Below, piece after piece: positions 23,844 through 37,670 of a stretch of DNA of 64,000 nt. The DNA lies in assembly GCF_006345805.1 (NCBI RefSeq), contig NC_043021.1:7006001-7070000 (forward strand), read 5' to 3'. The translations under genes and the position numbers were made by a program. The notes under the pieces are model-generated. The model ran no database searches. It was not told the DNA's origin and saw only the letters and a list, made by a program, of their open reading frames with translations. Origin of the DNA: Octopus sinensis (taxonomy: Eukaryota). How positions within the stretch are numbered: position 1 is the stretch's first letter; each line of letters starts with the position of its first letter.

Positions 23844-25524
23844 TATCTTAAACATTTCTAAGCTGGCAACTGGAACATAGATTAACAAGGAATTTTAATA
23901 GCTAAATTTTAATTTAGAGCACATTACTTTATATCAAAAGCTTGTATCATTAAAGCAGTGTAGTCATTGGTGGGCTGGTATCAGAAAGGTTAACGTTGAT
24001 CATGACTGATGGATTAGCAGAAATGGTAGGGCATTGCATTAAATACTTTGTGGGACTTTGTTATGTCCTTGTGCACTGTACTTTAATCTTACCATGGTTT
24101 ACATTCCCTTCCTTGATTCTGAGATGTGGGGTGGGCATTGAAAGAAAGTACCAGTCTTATACTGGAGTGGGGATCAATTTAATTGCTTGTACTCTCCCGC
24201 CAAGATATGTTGCCTTGTGTGCCAAGTTAGAAACCACTATTAATTTTGTGTTGCATAATTGATGAAATAATGAATTAAAAGCCTTTCAGAATTTCATTGC
24301 ATTTCTTGTACATTCTGAATTCAGAATGGTGAGACTGACTAGGAGTTTCATCCTTTAGGGGTTGATCAAAATACGTACCTGTAAATTACTGCAGATTGAT
24401 TTGTTTGATTATAACCCTTCAGCTAAGTTTATGGGTCTGTTCCTATGTTAGAAATTAATATCAAAACCTTTCAGAGTTAATGAAGTAGTAGAAAATGTAG
24501 AAGAGTAGATGAAATGTGTTCTAAATTCAAATCCTGACAAGGTTGACAATATCTTTCATCTCTACAGGGGTGGGTTTGTAAAATAAGTACCATTTCAAGG
24601 AATCACTGTTAAAGATTTGTTATATTTATAATCTAAATTATTCTGTATTGCATTAAATCGATGAGCAACGTTGGCCAGTATTCAGGTGTGTACAGATGAC
24701 AGTGGAACATTTCTTTGATTATTTTCTTCAAGTCCAAACTCTTTTTTCAGTAATAAACTAACAAAACCTGCGTGAATTCCATGGCTTTCACAAGTGAATA
24801 TAACTACACAATGACTTACTCTTTTAATACTATTCCTTCAAAAAAAAATATTTCTTTTAGCATATGAGGCCCTGTTGGTTAAATAGGCTCAGTATGTATT
24901 TTCTTCTCCAATAACTATCTTTTGAATTAAAATACACATAGGGGGAAAAAAAACCCAACTCACTGAATTTTTCCCATTAACAAAACCTTTCTGATACCAA
25001 CATGACTGCACTGCCTGGATGAAAATATGAATAGGGCATTGTGTTTATTAGTGAGTAGACACAGGACTTATGATGATGCACCAAGGCCCAATGTAATTTC
25101 ATGATATAAGTCTTTGCTTCCTTTTGTAATTTCCTTCAAAATTTAACATAATTCTCTAAACAGTGGTACATGATTGAAGGGAAAATAAGGATATAGTGAT
25201 AATAAACTACTGTGTAAAATTAGCTTCTGTTTGCTTAAATAATTTGTTACGTTTTTTCAAAATGCATAAAGGGTGGATGAGGTAGAGAGACCTTTGTAAA
25301 ACAGCATTCAATGAAAGGGGCTTTGTGCTACAAAAGGTTCGGAACAACTAGCAAAAAGCATTAGGAGATATGGTGACAAGGTCACAAAACTGATGGAATC
25401 TATTGTTTTAGTTTATATAATCTGTTTTAAACCCATGTTACTTTAACCTAAACAAAAAGAAAACATGTAGTATTGACTAATTTTTATTATCATTTTATAT
25501 TATGTGTGTGTATGTATGTATATA

Positions 25525-26670
25525 TAGGGTGATTCAAAAGTCACTATACATAGGAACAATTTATTTTTTTTATGAGAAACTGTTTATAAGAACAGCTTTT
25601 TTTTTTTTATTTAACAGGCTCTATATGGTCACCATTGTTTTGAACACACATTGCAATATGTTTACCCCATTCATTGTGAACTCGTAATGGCACATCTGGT
25701 GATACTTGTGCAAATGAGTTGGTGATGCGTTCCTTCAAATGATTTATGTCTTTTATCTTTTCGCGATACACCATGCTTTTCAAATGCCCCCAAAGATAGA
25801 AATCAAGAGGGGTCAGATCAGGGGATCTAGGAGACCACTCAATTGGACCATGCCTACCAAGCCAGGCATCTGGAAATGTCTGATCCAACCACTGACGCAC
25901 TTGAATAACATAATGAGGTGGGGCTCCATCTTGCTGGAAGTAAACCAGAAAGTTACCGTTTAGCAGTGATGGGAAAATTTCTTCTTGCAACATGTTGAGA
26001 TACATTTTGGCATTAAGATTTCTATCAACAAAAATCGGGCCAATGATTTTTGTCACCCCATATCCCAGCCCAAGCCATCACTTTATCAGTACCTTGCATC
26101 TTTGTTGCACTCATCCAGTGAGGGCTAGCATTGCTCCAATAACGTTTGTTTTGGCTATTAACCTCTCCATTGACGTAAAAGTTAGCTTTGTCAGTAAACA
26201 AGATCTTAGTTGAAAAGTTTGCATCATCATTCAATTTGCTTGATGCCCATTCACAAAATTCCAGTTGTCTATCTGGGTCATCTTCACTCATGTTGTAGCA
26301 TCTGTGGTTTGTATGGATGCCACTTATTTGATTTTAAAATGCACGTGATACTCTGTTGACTGACCCCAATTTCAGCAGCCAATCTTCATGAACTTCTACG
26401 GGGGCTCCATGTTATTGAATCAAGAACTCTAACTGTTGTGTTTTCATTGGTTGCTGTATGTGGTCTGCCACTTCTTCTTTGCTCAGTGAAATCAAACATG
26501 GAACCACATAATTTTCAAGTGAATTTCTTAATCACACACTTGTTTATTTTTAAGAAATGGGAAGACTGAGAAAATACTTTTGGAAATGTATTATCTGTAC
26601 GATTTATTGTCCACAAAAGCTCTCCCAAAGAGACAAATTTCCAATTAAATATTTCAAATGTTAAACCATT
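25525..26670 (-). mobile_element. Tc1/mariner transposon, DD41D (rosa-type) transposase pseudogene
   Basis: Fragments: GRP..ATNE...SPRRSS*RLAAEIGVS...KWHPYK (26300-26480); ILFTDKANFYVNG (26025-26291); FQQDGAPPH...WSPRSPDLTPLDFYLWGHLKS (25607-26056), with 41 residues between the 2nd and 3rd D; TIR-like ta|tagggtgattcaaaagtc at 25523; at least 2 frameshifts and 1 stop. Confidence 0.9.
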
Positions 26671-26715
26671 TTGGACTTTTGGTTGGCAGAATCAGTAGAG
26701 CAGTGGACAAAACTA

Positions 26716-26942
26716 TATGCGAGCTGGCAGAAACGTTAGCACGCCGGGCGAAATGCGTAGCCATATTTTGTCTGCCGTTACGTTCTGAGTTCAAATTCTG
26801 TCGAGGTCGACTTTGCCTTTCATCCTTTCGGGGTCAATAAATTAAGTACCAGTTACGCACTGGGGTCGATGTAATCGACTTAATCCGTTTGTCTGTCCTT
26901 GTTTGTCCCCTCGGTGTTTAGCCCCTTGTGGGTAATAAAGGA
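26716..26942 (+). mobile_element. Young family B SINE nested in an older family B SINE (about 26672-27110)
   Basis: CpG-rich intact copy splits an old copy between ...ggacaaaactatatg and tcttgcagtatttt... Confidence 0.8.
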
Positions 26943-27720
26943 ATATATATGTCTTGCAGTATTTTAGTTACTTCAATTTCTGTGCTCACTGCCGCTGAGG
27001 TCAGCTTTACCTTTCATTGTTTCAGGTTTGATGAAATAAAAGTACCAGTCAGATTAGTGGGTTATGTGTATAATCAACTATTCTCTCTTCACAAAATTTC
27101 TAGCTTTGTGCCGGCTGATGCTGGAAATTATTACATACTTCAACTCCTTTTAGCTTAGCCAACTTTTTGTTTTAAATGACTGGGGGAGTCCCTTAAGTAT
27201 TTGGGATGTCATCCTGTTGGAGGTAGTGACAGTTCTGTAATTATAGGTTTAAAGGTCAAACTACCTAGTCTCTACTATAACATCCTAAAATAGCCTGGAA
27301 ATAAGTTGCTGGATGTATTTGTTTTTGCCCTAAGTATGTTGTTGCTGTTGATGTTATTATTGGTTGTTGGGTGTTGGCCAGCAATCACTTTTGAAATTGA
27401 ATTCTGTATAGGTGTGTATGCAATCTCCATTGCTGCTTCCGCCTGTACGTCAAAGTACTTTAAGTTGTAGCTGCTTGCTTTTGTCAGTTGCAGGGATGTT
27501 TGGTTTACCCGTATAACAGTGAAAATGCTGTCATATCTGCATTAGTAGACCTAAAGCTTGGGGGCAGGCGGCTGATGGACAGTTAGACATATCCCATGCA
27601 AGTCTTGTACCTTCAGATGTGCTGAACTTCCAGTTTGTTCCAGGGTAATTTTGTACATTGAAATCACATGATATAGCAGCCATGCCTGTAAGCCATGCTA
27701 ACTCCTATTATATATCAGAA

Positions 27721-28130
27721 CTAGCAGCATAGCCCGGCGTTGCCCGGGTATGTAAGAGACCCTAGTAGGCAACGACTAATCCCAATCTAGCCCTTTCCCT
27801 CTAGGGAACGAAGACGCATGTGTAGGTTGTAATGTCTTCTCTTCACTTGAATACTTCTGTGTATATGATGTTCCTAGCTGTTGAGTTGTGTCCCCTAGAC
27901 AGAAAATGTGTTGCATATAAAAAGCTTAGATTCTCGACTCCATGTCGAATTTATCGATATTTTTCAGAACTGGGGGAACTTTTCAAAATTTTCGCTGCGT
28001 TAGTTTTGAATTATGACATTGGGCTATGGGTTGTCAAGTTTCATCAGAATCGGTTGAAAGCCGTGGTCAGGGTGAGGGTACAACCTGACAGACACACAGA
28101 CAGACAAACTGCCGTTTATATAGAGAGAGA
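27721..28130 (-). mobile_element. Non-autonomous Helitron (subfamily 2, longer copy)
   Basis: Minus strand TCTCTC...cccgggcaacgccggg ctatgctg CTAG; A|T target, no TSD. Confidence 0.85.
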
Positions 28131-28449
28131 TGTCTCTTACACCTTCTTGACCAAACACAACATTCCTCAGATCTCGCTGCTTGTGATTTTTCCCTTTTTC
28201 CAAAAATCAAATCCCACTTGAAAGGAACAAGATTTCAAGATGTCAGGGAAATTCAAGAGAATGCAACGAAGCAGCAGCTTGCTATCCTGAAAGAGGAGTT
28301 CCAGGCATACTTCCATTAATAGAAGCAACATTGTAGAAAGTGTGTGGCTTTGGAAGAGGACTACTTTGAAGGAGATTAAATGCCGCATTGATATGTGTTG
28401 TAGCTTTCCTTTTATAGCACCAGTCCTGATACTTTTTGACCAGACCTTG
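28131..28449 (+). mobile_element. Mariner transposase C-terminal remnant plus right TIR
   Basis: FLTKHNIPQ / SDLAACDFSLFPKIKSHLKGTRFQDVREIQENATKQ...KCVALEEDYFEGD*; ends atactttttgaccagaccttg|TA. Confidence 0.85.
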
Positions 28450-29883
28450 TAAGTCCTAGGGTTGAGTTGTTGATTTTGTTCAAAGTGTGCCCCAGTATGG
28501 CTACAGTCCAATGAATGAAACATATAAAAGGTGAAAAAAAAAAAAAATGTAGCTAAAAATTATTCTATTTTGCACAGTAATCAAATTTATCAATATTCTG
28601 CAAGCTCTCCTTATATATAAATGTGCTTAGTTTTCGTTACACTTCACTTCAGGTTTTTTTGTTTTTTTTTGTAAACTTTGCGTCGTTGACTCTGATTCTG
28701 TAAGTGAAGAGGTTTGGCTTGATTTGTTTTCGTTTGAACTCTTAATGTGTGTGTGTGTGTGTATGTGTGTAGATATATCGCAACTACCTCATTGACATAC
28801 TTGATGGAGTCACTCTCACCACCACCATCTCATATAGCTAGCTATACTTAGTGGCTGGTAAAGGTCATGGCAGACAATAAAGCCTCTGATTAAAAGTATT
28901 TTGGCTTCAGCCTTCTTCAGATACTAATCTGTTTTGTTGTTGTTGATTCGGTCTCAGGATTTATATAGAGCTGACATTTAGAGTTTGGGTTTTATTTTTA
29001 CACTCAATAAGATGAGAAGTACATAACAATGTATACAACATTATATAATCGACAATGCTTTAGTTACTCTTCATTTAACAGTATGGTTGACTGGGGGAAT
29101 TTACACTGAACTGATAAGTGGAGTTATATCTTTGTTTTTTACTGGTTTCGGTTATTGTACTGTAACAAGGATGGTATGCCATCTTGAAGGATTTAGTCGA
29201 ATAAATTGACCCCAGTTCTTGTCAAGACATGCAGTTAAGAAGTATGGTTAAGAAATTTGCTTTCACAACTCATGGTTTCAGCTTCAGTCCCATGTTGGAG
29301 CACCACTTTGAAGGGTTTTAGTTGAACAAATCGATCTGGGGACTATATATATATATATATATATGAGAATTTAACTTGGGTTGTATATATCTGGAAATTC
29401 AAGTTGTTTGTATTTTTTGATGTATAATGTTCAGATGGATAGCCTTCTTGATTCTGACCATGCAGATATGAAACTTTTTGAGTGGTTACATTTTAAAGCC
29501 CCATAGACTGGAGTACATACAGTAATGGTACTTTTTAATAGCTATTTATTGTTTGTCTAAGAAAGGACATGGTTGATAACTCTTACACAGAAGAAAAGGG
29601 TGGTGGGTGTTAGATTTGGTTCATTTTTCAATGTAAGAAAATATATAAAATTAAGTGTATTTCAAGCTCTGAAGGATTTTTATGGGCCTATATTTTCTTT
29701 TGTTTCATAATACTTAACTGACTTTCCAAGAGACACACACAACTTTCATATTGAAAAAATAGGTATGGGAAAAGAGAGAGAAAGTGGTGGTGGTGGTGAT
29801 GATGGGGAGGAGAGTAGTATTTGCTATCTGTGTGAGATGAAAGAATAAATTGAGAAACAGCATTGACTAGTGCAGTGGTTTAA

Positions 29884-30103
29884 CCCTTTCGTTACCAACC
29901 TGGCTGAAACCGGCTCTGGTTCTGGGTACAAATACCTTGTTTTCATAAGTTTTTAATTAAAATCTTCCACCAAACTTTAGTCACAATTTATGTACCTAAC
30001 ACCAGCTGAATGATAACCAAATTATTTTACTAAATTCTTTGTTATATTTAAAATAATTGAAAGAAACACAGAGCATCTCAACAGGAATACGGTAACAAAA
30101 GGG
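29884..30103. mobile_element. piggyBac-like MITE (family P1)
   Basis: TTAA|ccctttcgttacc...ggtaacaaaaggg|TTAA. Confidence 0.85.
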
Positions 30104-30214
30104 TTAAAGGCTAGCTAAACCGGTGTTGCAATTTTGTGAATATAGTTGTCCATGGTAGCTCTTTTGTAGGCAACTAACTGACTATGGAAAGCATTTCATT
30201 GGCATTTTTAACCA

Positions 30215-30530
30215 TAACAGGTGTGGCCGTGTGGTAAGAAGTTCCCTTCCCAACCACATGGTTCCAGATTCACTCTTACTGCGTGGCACCTTGGATAAGC
30301 ATCTTCTACTATAGCCTTGGGCTGACCAAAGCCTTGTGAGTGGATTTGATAGATGGAAACTGAAAGGAGCCCTTTGTGTATGTACATATGTGTGTGTGTT
30401 TTTGTGTCTGTTTGACAACTGGTGTTGGTGTGTTTACATCCCTGTAACTTAGCAATTCAGCAAAAGAGATCGATAAAATAAGAACCAGGCTTAAAAAGAA
30501 AATAATTACTAGGGTTGATTAGTTGAACTA
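30215..30530 (+). mobile_element. CORE-type SINE (family A)
   Basis: Aligns to 32294-32706. Confidence 0.8.
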
Positions 30531-32293
30531 GAATTCTTCAAGTTCTACAGTTAGCAATATGGTTGACAACCATGAGAATTCCTTTCATAAATCGTATGCA
30601 ATTGTTAGGTAAGTAATTAGGCCAAGTGTAGTGAATCAGGGAAGATCTTTGATGCTTATGAATTGATGGCAACTGAAACATTCTCAAGTCATCCAGATCA
30701 GAAGTCAGCATGTGTGTATGGCAGTGTGTGTGTGTACACGAGAAAAGCAAGCTGGTGTTCTGAACAGCTATTTAACTCATCAATACCAACTGAACCACCA
30801 GTCAATCAATATAAGTTAGGCCTAAGTTATCTCATCAATATGGTAATTTGATGTAAAACTGATGTTAACTATCTCAGACTGTTATTGATTCTTTGGGTTA
30901 TGTTTAATGATTGACCATTTCCACTGCCCCTTTCACTACCACCAACACCATTGGCAGAATTGTTACTGCTCCCGGACAAAATTCTTAGCGACATTTCTTT
31001 TGGCTTTATGTTCTGAATTCAAATGCTGCCAAAGGTTGACATTGCCTTTCATCCTTTCAGGGTTGATAAAATAAGTACCAGTTGAGCACTGGAGTCAATG
31101 ATATCGACTTAGCCTTCCCCTGAAACTGCTGGCCTTGTGCCAAAATATGAAATCAATATCAATGAATAAGAACACACACTGTGTATTTATTCACTGCCAG
31201 ACACCCCAAAATGAAATCTGGATACAAAATTTGCTGATGCTTTTAAAACTGTTTGATTATTGATTATCCAATTTAATACTCATTTGGTCACCCACTCACT
31301 CACCCTGCCTATTCCAGTTGGAATAAAAGTTACACAAACTTGATGAATCTTTTAAGAGAAAAAGAGACTCTTAATGACTGCAGTTATTATTCCTTGGCTT
31401 CTTTCTTTTACTCCTTCCTTGAGGGAATTTTAATTTGTAACTATTTGTAAATATCTAATTATGACATTGTTTCAACGGTGCCTGTTTTGAGACTGTTCAC
31501 ACCTCTATACGTCTTCAACTTTTGATGTAAAAGAAAAATTCCCCATGCTATCAAAAGTGCAGTTAACCCTTTCATGAATGTTCTTCTAACATGTAGGCCA
31601 CTTGTGCCTCCATTATATTTCAATGCAAGCAAGTCTGAAGGGGGATTTGAAATATACATAACTTTATACATTTATATATGGTGTGTGGTATTGACCAACT
31701 AGTTTATGCATGCATGTGTGTGTGTGTGTATATTGTGTTGTATATATGTCTTTTACATGTTTCAGGCATTTGACTGTGGCCATTGCTGGAGCACTGCCTT
31801 AAATGGTTCTAGTCAAACAAATTTACCCCACTACTTACTTTTTAATAGTTTGGTACTTATTCTGTTGGTCTTTTTGCTGAACCACTAAGTTTACAAAGAT
31901 GTAAAACAAACCAATGATGATTTTATTGAAAATATTTACTCTTTAGTATTTGAAAATTTTTTAATGTAATTTTGGTAAATATATCTGTTAAAATGAGATG
32001 TCAGTGTTATTTTCATTTTTGCACGATTTAGACAATTTATTCACCGCACCCTGTATAATTTCTCCCATTTTAAGAAATTCTGACTTAGAATGAGTGTGTG
32101 TGTTCTTGCTATATTCTATATTTGAAAATATGTCTTGAAGTATATTCTCTGTATCTCTCATCAGTGATAAGGGGTTGCTGAGGTTTCCCCCTTCAAAGTT
32201 TGAAGTTTGTGAGATAACAGCAAACTTGTGACATTTAAAAATATCTATCAGTTATTGCTCAAAATGGCTGCTGTTTATTATAATAATAATAAT

Positions 32294-32706
32294 AGGTGCA
32301 GGAGTGGCTGTGTGGTAAGTAGCTTGCTTACCAACCACATGGTTCCGGGTTCAGTCCCACTGCGTGGCACCTTGGGCAAGTGTCTTCTACTATAGCCTCG
32401 GGCCGACCAAAGCCTTGTGAGTGGATTTGGTAGACGGAAACTGAAAGAAGCCCGTCGTATATATGTATATATATGTATGTAAGTGTGTGCGTTTATGTGT
32501 TTGTGTTTGTTCCCCCAACATCGCTTGACAACCGATGCTGGTGTGTTTATGTCTCCGTAGCTTAGCGGTTCGGCAAAAAACACCGATAGAATAAGTACTA
32601 GGCTTACAAAGAATAAGTCCCGGGGTTAACTTGATCGACTAAAGGCGGTGCTCCAGCATGGCCACAGTCAAATGACTGAAACAAGTAAAAGAGTAAAGAG
32701 TAAGAG
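32294..32706 (+). mobile_element. CORE-type SINE (family A), near intact
   Basis: A box tggctgtgtgg, B box ggttcagtccc, CORE-like ccttgggcaagtgtcttc, internal (TA/TG)n, 3' half ending in (gagtaa)n. Confidence 0.9.
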
Positions 32707-32724
32707 TAATAATTATTATTATTA

Positions 32725-33300
32725 CTGTGAGCTGGCAGAGTCATTAGTGTGTTGGACAGAATGCTTAGAGGCTGGTCTTCTAGGTCTTAACATTCTGAGT
32801 TCAAATCCCACTGAGGTCAGCTTTACCATTCATATTTTCAGGCTTGATAAAATAAGTACTGGTTGGATACTGGAATCGATGTAATTAACTTAGCCCACTC
32901 GCCAAAACTGCTGACCCCTGCCAAAAATGTGAGACTATTATTATTATTGGCAGAATCATTAGCACGTCGGGCGAAATGCGTAGCCGTATTTCGTCTGCTG
33001 TTACGTTCTGGGTTCAAATTCCGCCGAGGTCGACTTTGCCTTTCATCCTTTCGGGGTCGATAAATTAAGTACCAGTTACGCACTGGGGTCGATGTAATCG
33101 ACTTAATCCGTTTGTCTGTCCTTGTTTGTCCCCTCTGGGTTTAGCCCCTTGTGGGTAGTAAAGAAATATATTATTATTGCTGTGAGCTGGCAGAATCATT
33201 AGCATGCTGGATGAGATGCTTAGTGGTATTTCGTCTTTCACTACATTCTGAGCTGACTGGTAATTGACTAGTCCCTCTCCTCCAAATTTCTGGCCTTGTA
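32725..33300 (+). mobile_element. Array of 3 family B SINEs, including a young copy at about 32948-33166
   Basis: Head-to-tail copies joined by (ATT)n. Confidence 0.8.
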
Positions 33301-33309
33301 CCTATAGTA

Positions 33310-33570
33310 GAAATGGTGATTTAAAAAGGTAATATAAAAAGAGAAAGGTGCTCTCTACCCGGCTTTTGACCAGGCTCCCGTTGGCTTTTATGGGTTTTTT
33401 CCACCAGGAACCTTTCGTAACGCCTCCCCCTATTGGGAGTTTTTTGTTGTTATATTTTCGTTGTTAAACTGCTTTTTACTCGATTTCACAAACGGACAAA
33501 ACCCTTTGTAACTTTTCGTCCTGTTTTGTCCCTTTTTTGTTATAATTAATTTTTGTCAGCCCTTGTGGCC
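33310..33570 (+). mobile_element. Probable LINE 3' UTR sharing its tail with young family B SINEs
   Basis: Ends gtcctgttttgtccc...agcccttgtgg, similar to the SINE tail gtccttgtttgtccc...agccccttgtgg. Confidence 0.4.
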
Positions 33571-33809
33571 AGAGTTGTTAGCATGCTGGGCAAAATGCTT
33601 AATAGTGTTTCATCTGCCACTACATTCTGAGTTCAAATTCTGTCAAGGTCAACTTTGCCTTTCATCCTGTTGGGATCGATGAATAGGTGCCGGTTGAACG
33701 CTGAGGTCAATGTAATCAATTTACTTCCTTGAAATTGCTGGCCTTTTACCAAAATTTGAAACCAATATTTCCCGTCAGAATTTCTGATCTTGTGTCCAGC
33801 TTTTTATCT

Positions 33810-34170
33810 GGTTGCTTTTACTTGTTTCAGTTATTGGACTGCACCCACGCTGGGGCACTACCTTGTAGGGTTTCGTTGACTAAATCAACCCAGGGACTTA
33901 TTTTTGTACTTATTCTTTTGAAATGTTTTGCTGAACTGCTAAGTCAGGGGTACATAAACCTACAACAATTATCAAACGGTGATAGGAAGAAACACACACA
34001 CACACACACAAAATGAGCTTTCACACAGTTTCCATCTACCAAATTCATTCCCAAGGCATTGGTTGCCCTGGTGCTATAAGTAGAAGACACTTGCCCAAGG
34101 TGCTGTACAGTGGGACTGAACCTGAAACTATGTGGTTATAAAGTGAGCTTCTTAACTACACAGCCAGGTA
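33810..34170 (-). mobile_element. CORE-type SINE (family A), degraded
   Basis: Aligns to family A copies. Confidence 0.75.
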
Positions 34171-35147
34171 TATAATAATAATAATTATTATTATCATTCA
34201 GTTGGTTGTGACATTTAATGCCTTTCACTTACAATGTTTCCTTTTTCATATTTTTGCCTGAATAATCTGTTTTTACTTGGTTTAGTAATCTTCAGCTACA
34301 ATTAAGGAAGGCTACCATCCCCAAGGAAGTGTGTTTGTTGCCGAAAAATACTAGGTGTTGGTAATTTCATGCTATATCCTTATTAACACCTTTCTGCTTT
34401 TCCATTAAATTACCGTTAAATATTGTTAAGAGAGCTGTCAACCACAGCTAACCAACCGAAAATATATCATCATTTACTGAATGTATTTAGTTACCAATTT
34501 AAATTTTTTTTTATCATTCTTTCCCCCTTGCATTTAATGTTTCAAAGTTGTTTAGTAATACCATCCAGGTAGTTCCTAATTCATGGAGGAGGAAAATCTG
34601 GGCGTAAGATGGTGTTGTTGATGATGATGATGATTATTATTATAATTATTATTGTTGTGGTGCAAAGAAGGAAGAGAGGCAAAGTGAAAGATGTTGAACC
34701 AGATGATTGGACTGATTTATATTGTAGGCATTAAATAAAATATAGCTTTTATTACAGTCAGCTGGTGAGAAGGGAAATGAGGGTGTTAGCCAGAAATTCC
34801 ACACTTAACTCTAACAATATTTTTTTTTTTATTCCTCTTGTGATTATAGGTGGAGTGTTATATGAGTACAGAGTGTAAAGGAAATTAGGACAGATGGGTA
34901 GGTAGAATCTCAGCTGGTAGTTAGCTTAATTGGAATTGATTGCCTGGGATAGAACTGTAAAAACAGTCTTAAGTGTTTCTGACCCATGAGTAGCCTTTTG
35001 TTTTGAAGTTTATACTCTTTGAGGTTTTGCTAGAAACTTGCAGCATTTTATTTCTGTTTAATAAATTGATTTCATGATTTTCTGTCTAAAGAATATTCCC
35101 ATGTAGATTTCAGAACTCTTTTTCGTTTTGGAATTAGTCCCACTTTT

Positions 35148-35181
<34 letters not shown>

Positions 35182-35749
35182 TTTACCAATTGTTATTGTT
35201 GCTGATATTGTTTAACTCCAGCTCAGTTCTGATCCAGCAGACCTATGATCAAAGATGATCCAGCCATGGCAATCTTGCTTTATTTTCCAAATATTGTACA
35301 TCAGAGACTATATTATTCATTACATTTATTATTTTGTTTTTTAAGATGGCAGTGTGTGTTTTGAGAGAGATTTAGTTGCTATTTCTGTCAAGTTGTAGAA
35401 ACATCTTTGTCACTTATTAAACTCATCTACTTCTGGTCTTTATTCCTGCCTTCGAGATTTGGTATGTGAGCTTTAATAAAAAAAGCTTTCTTCCAGCCGA
35501 AACCATTCCATCTGTGCTTTTCCACCAATTTAACCCCAGGACTAGGAAATGATAGTCGCAACAGACAAACATCTTTATGAAAGATGTTTTTTTTTGCCAT
35601 TTTTTAAATTTATTATTAGCTAATCAAGTAATTTGTTTAGAAGCTTCCTATCTAATTACACTGTGTAACGAAATTCAATTTTTTTTTGTCTTTGGTCAGT
35701 AAGTGTTATTCTTATTTGTTTCCATCTAGAAATCAAAGGAAATGACTAC

Positions 35750-36059
35750 TATTCCCTTCAAACTTTGCTTTTGTGACCTGAACATCGTTTTGAAACTGAC
35801 CTGTTTTCCATTACATTTCATATCGATTCAGCACCAAGTTGCTGAAGCAGAAATATCATTATAGAAAATATTCTGCTCAATATCACAGATTTGCTTGTCA
35901 GTTGCTTGATCATAACCACTTGAGCATATCCCTTAGTGGCTAGCAATATGCGCATCTCTGATGATGAGCAGGAGTAGTTAAGGTGCATCATAGCCATGTG
36001 TTGGGAGGGATTCTCTGGGGTTTGAATAAATGTAAGTTAAGCAAAGTTTGAAGGAAATA
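35750..36059. mobile_element. MITE with 21-bp TIRs
   Basis: tattcccttcaaactttgctt / aagcaaagtttgaaggaaata (1 mismatch). Confidence 0.7.
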
Positions 36060-36554
36060 TTAGTTATTTTTCTTAAGCAAAAAGGAAATAACAGTAGCTA
36101 CCCGAGGAGAAAAATCATGTTATACAGTGTTATTTGACGATGTTTTTGGTTAATGTGACATACAATATATATTTTCTTGGAATAAGAACTCTTCTGAGAC
36201 AGACCAACTTAAAAGCAATTGTGTTAATTATTACAGCTGTTTGAATAATGCATTTTTAATCGTGTGAATCTTATAAATATTCAGAGCAGGCTGTGTTTGT
36301 TGTTACGTGGCCCCCTCTCCCCCCTCCCATTCATGACTATGTTCTGTCACAGAACAATAGTGTGTCTTCTTTAACACAATTCAGCTTCTTTCAATCTCCT
36401 ATTCTTGTTGTCCTGAAAGAAACCATGAAAGAAATGCAAACAATACTGGAGTTTTTTCCCCCCCATTATTTCCTTTCGCATTTATCAGTTTTGCAGTGCG
36501 AATGTCTGTGTTTCTTACAACTAGCAGTATTATTGTTGTTGTTGTTGTTATTTT

Positions 36555-37235
36555 TAAGGCAGTGGAGCTGGCAGAATTGTTAGCATGCCAGGCAAAATGC
36601 TTAGCAACATTTCATCCGTCTTTATGTTTTGAGTTCCAATTCTGCTGAGGTCGCCTTTGCATTTTATCCTTTTGGAGTAGATAAAACAAGGACCAGTTGA
36701 GCATTGGGGTCAGTGTAATTGACTAGACCCCCTTCCTCCCCAAATTCCAGGCATTATGCCTTTAGTTGAAAGCATTATTATTATTATTATTATTATTAAG
36801 GCAGTGAGGTGGTAGAATTGTTAGCATGGTGGATGAAATGCTTAGCAGTATTTCACCCATCATTACATCCTGAGTTCAAATTCCATTGAGGTCAAATTTG
36901 CCTTTTATTCTCTTGGGGTCGATTAGTTAAGTACCAGTTATGCACTGGAACCAATGTAGTTGACTAGTCCCCTCCCCAAAAATTTCAGGTCTTGTGCCTG
37001 TAATACAAAAGAGAAAAGTGGCAAGCTGGCAGAATCATTAGCATGCTGGACAAAATACTTAGCAGTGTTTCACCTGTTATTATGTTCTGAGTTCAAATTC
37101 TGTCAAGGTTGACTTTTGCCTTTCATCCTTTGAGGGTCAATAAATTAAGTACCAGTGAAACACTATGGTTAATGTAATCAACTTAGTCCCCTTCCCACAA
37201 ATTTGAGGTCTTGTGCTTCCAGTAAAAAGGATTAA

Positions 37236-37277
<42 letters not shown>

Positions 37278-37670
37278 GGTGATGAACTGGTAGAATTGTT
37301 AGCATGTCAGACAAAATGCTAAAGGGCATTTCTTCTGGCTCATTATGTTCTGAGTTCAAATCCTGCCAAGTTCAACTTTGCCTTTCATCCTTTCAGGGTT
37401 GATAAAATAAGTACCCATCAAGTACTGCGGTTAATATAATTGACTTTCCCATCCCCTCAAAGTTGCTGGCCTTGTGCCAAAATTAGAAAGAATTATTATT
37501 ATTTTGACAAGCTGGCTGTATTTCTCACAGCTCTTTACATTCTGGTTTTAATTTCCGCTATGGTCACCTTTAGTTAAATAACATACTAGTGAAGTACTAC
37601 AGTTGATGCTATTCACTGAGCTTTCCCTTTAAAATTACTTGCCTTGTGCCTAAATTAGAAAGTTTTATTG
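36555..37670 (+). mobile_element. Head-to-tail array of about 5 family B SINEs
   Basis: Units start near 36558, 36797, 37017, 37277 and 37505, mostly right after (ATT)n tails. Confidence 0.85.

Noticed and set aside
26660-26671. Right TIR of the DD41D element
   Set aside because: Only 8 nt (gacttttg) match before SINE sequence begins; too short to call
30551-30608. Plus-strand exon candidate ending AG|GTAAGT
   Set aside because: Acceptor and downstream flank derive from degraded SINE sequence; no homology
35940-35980. ctctgatgatgagc as a hammerhead core or C/D box
   Set aside because: No downstream stem II, GAAA or terminal stem; it lies inside a MITE
36360-36445. Strong minus-strand acceptor giving DNKNRRLKEAELC*
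   Set aside because: All frames stop within 14 codons, with no donor or supporting exons
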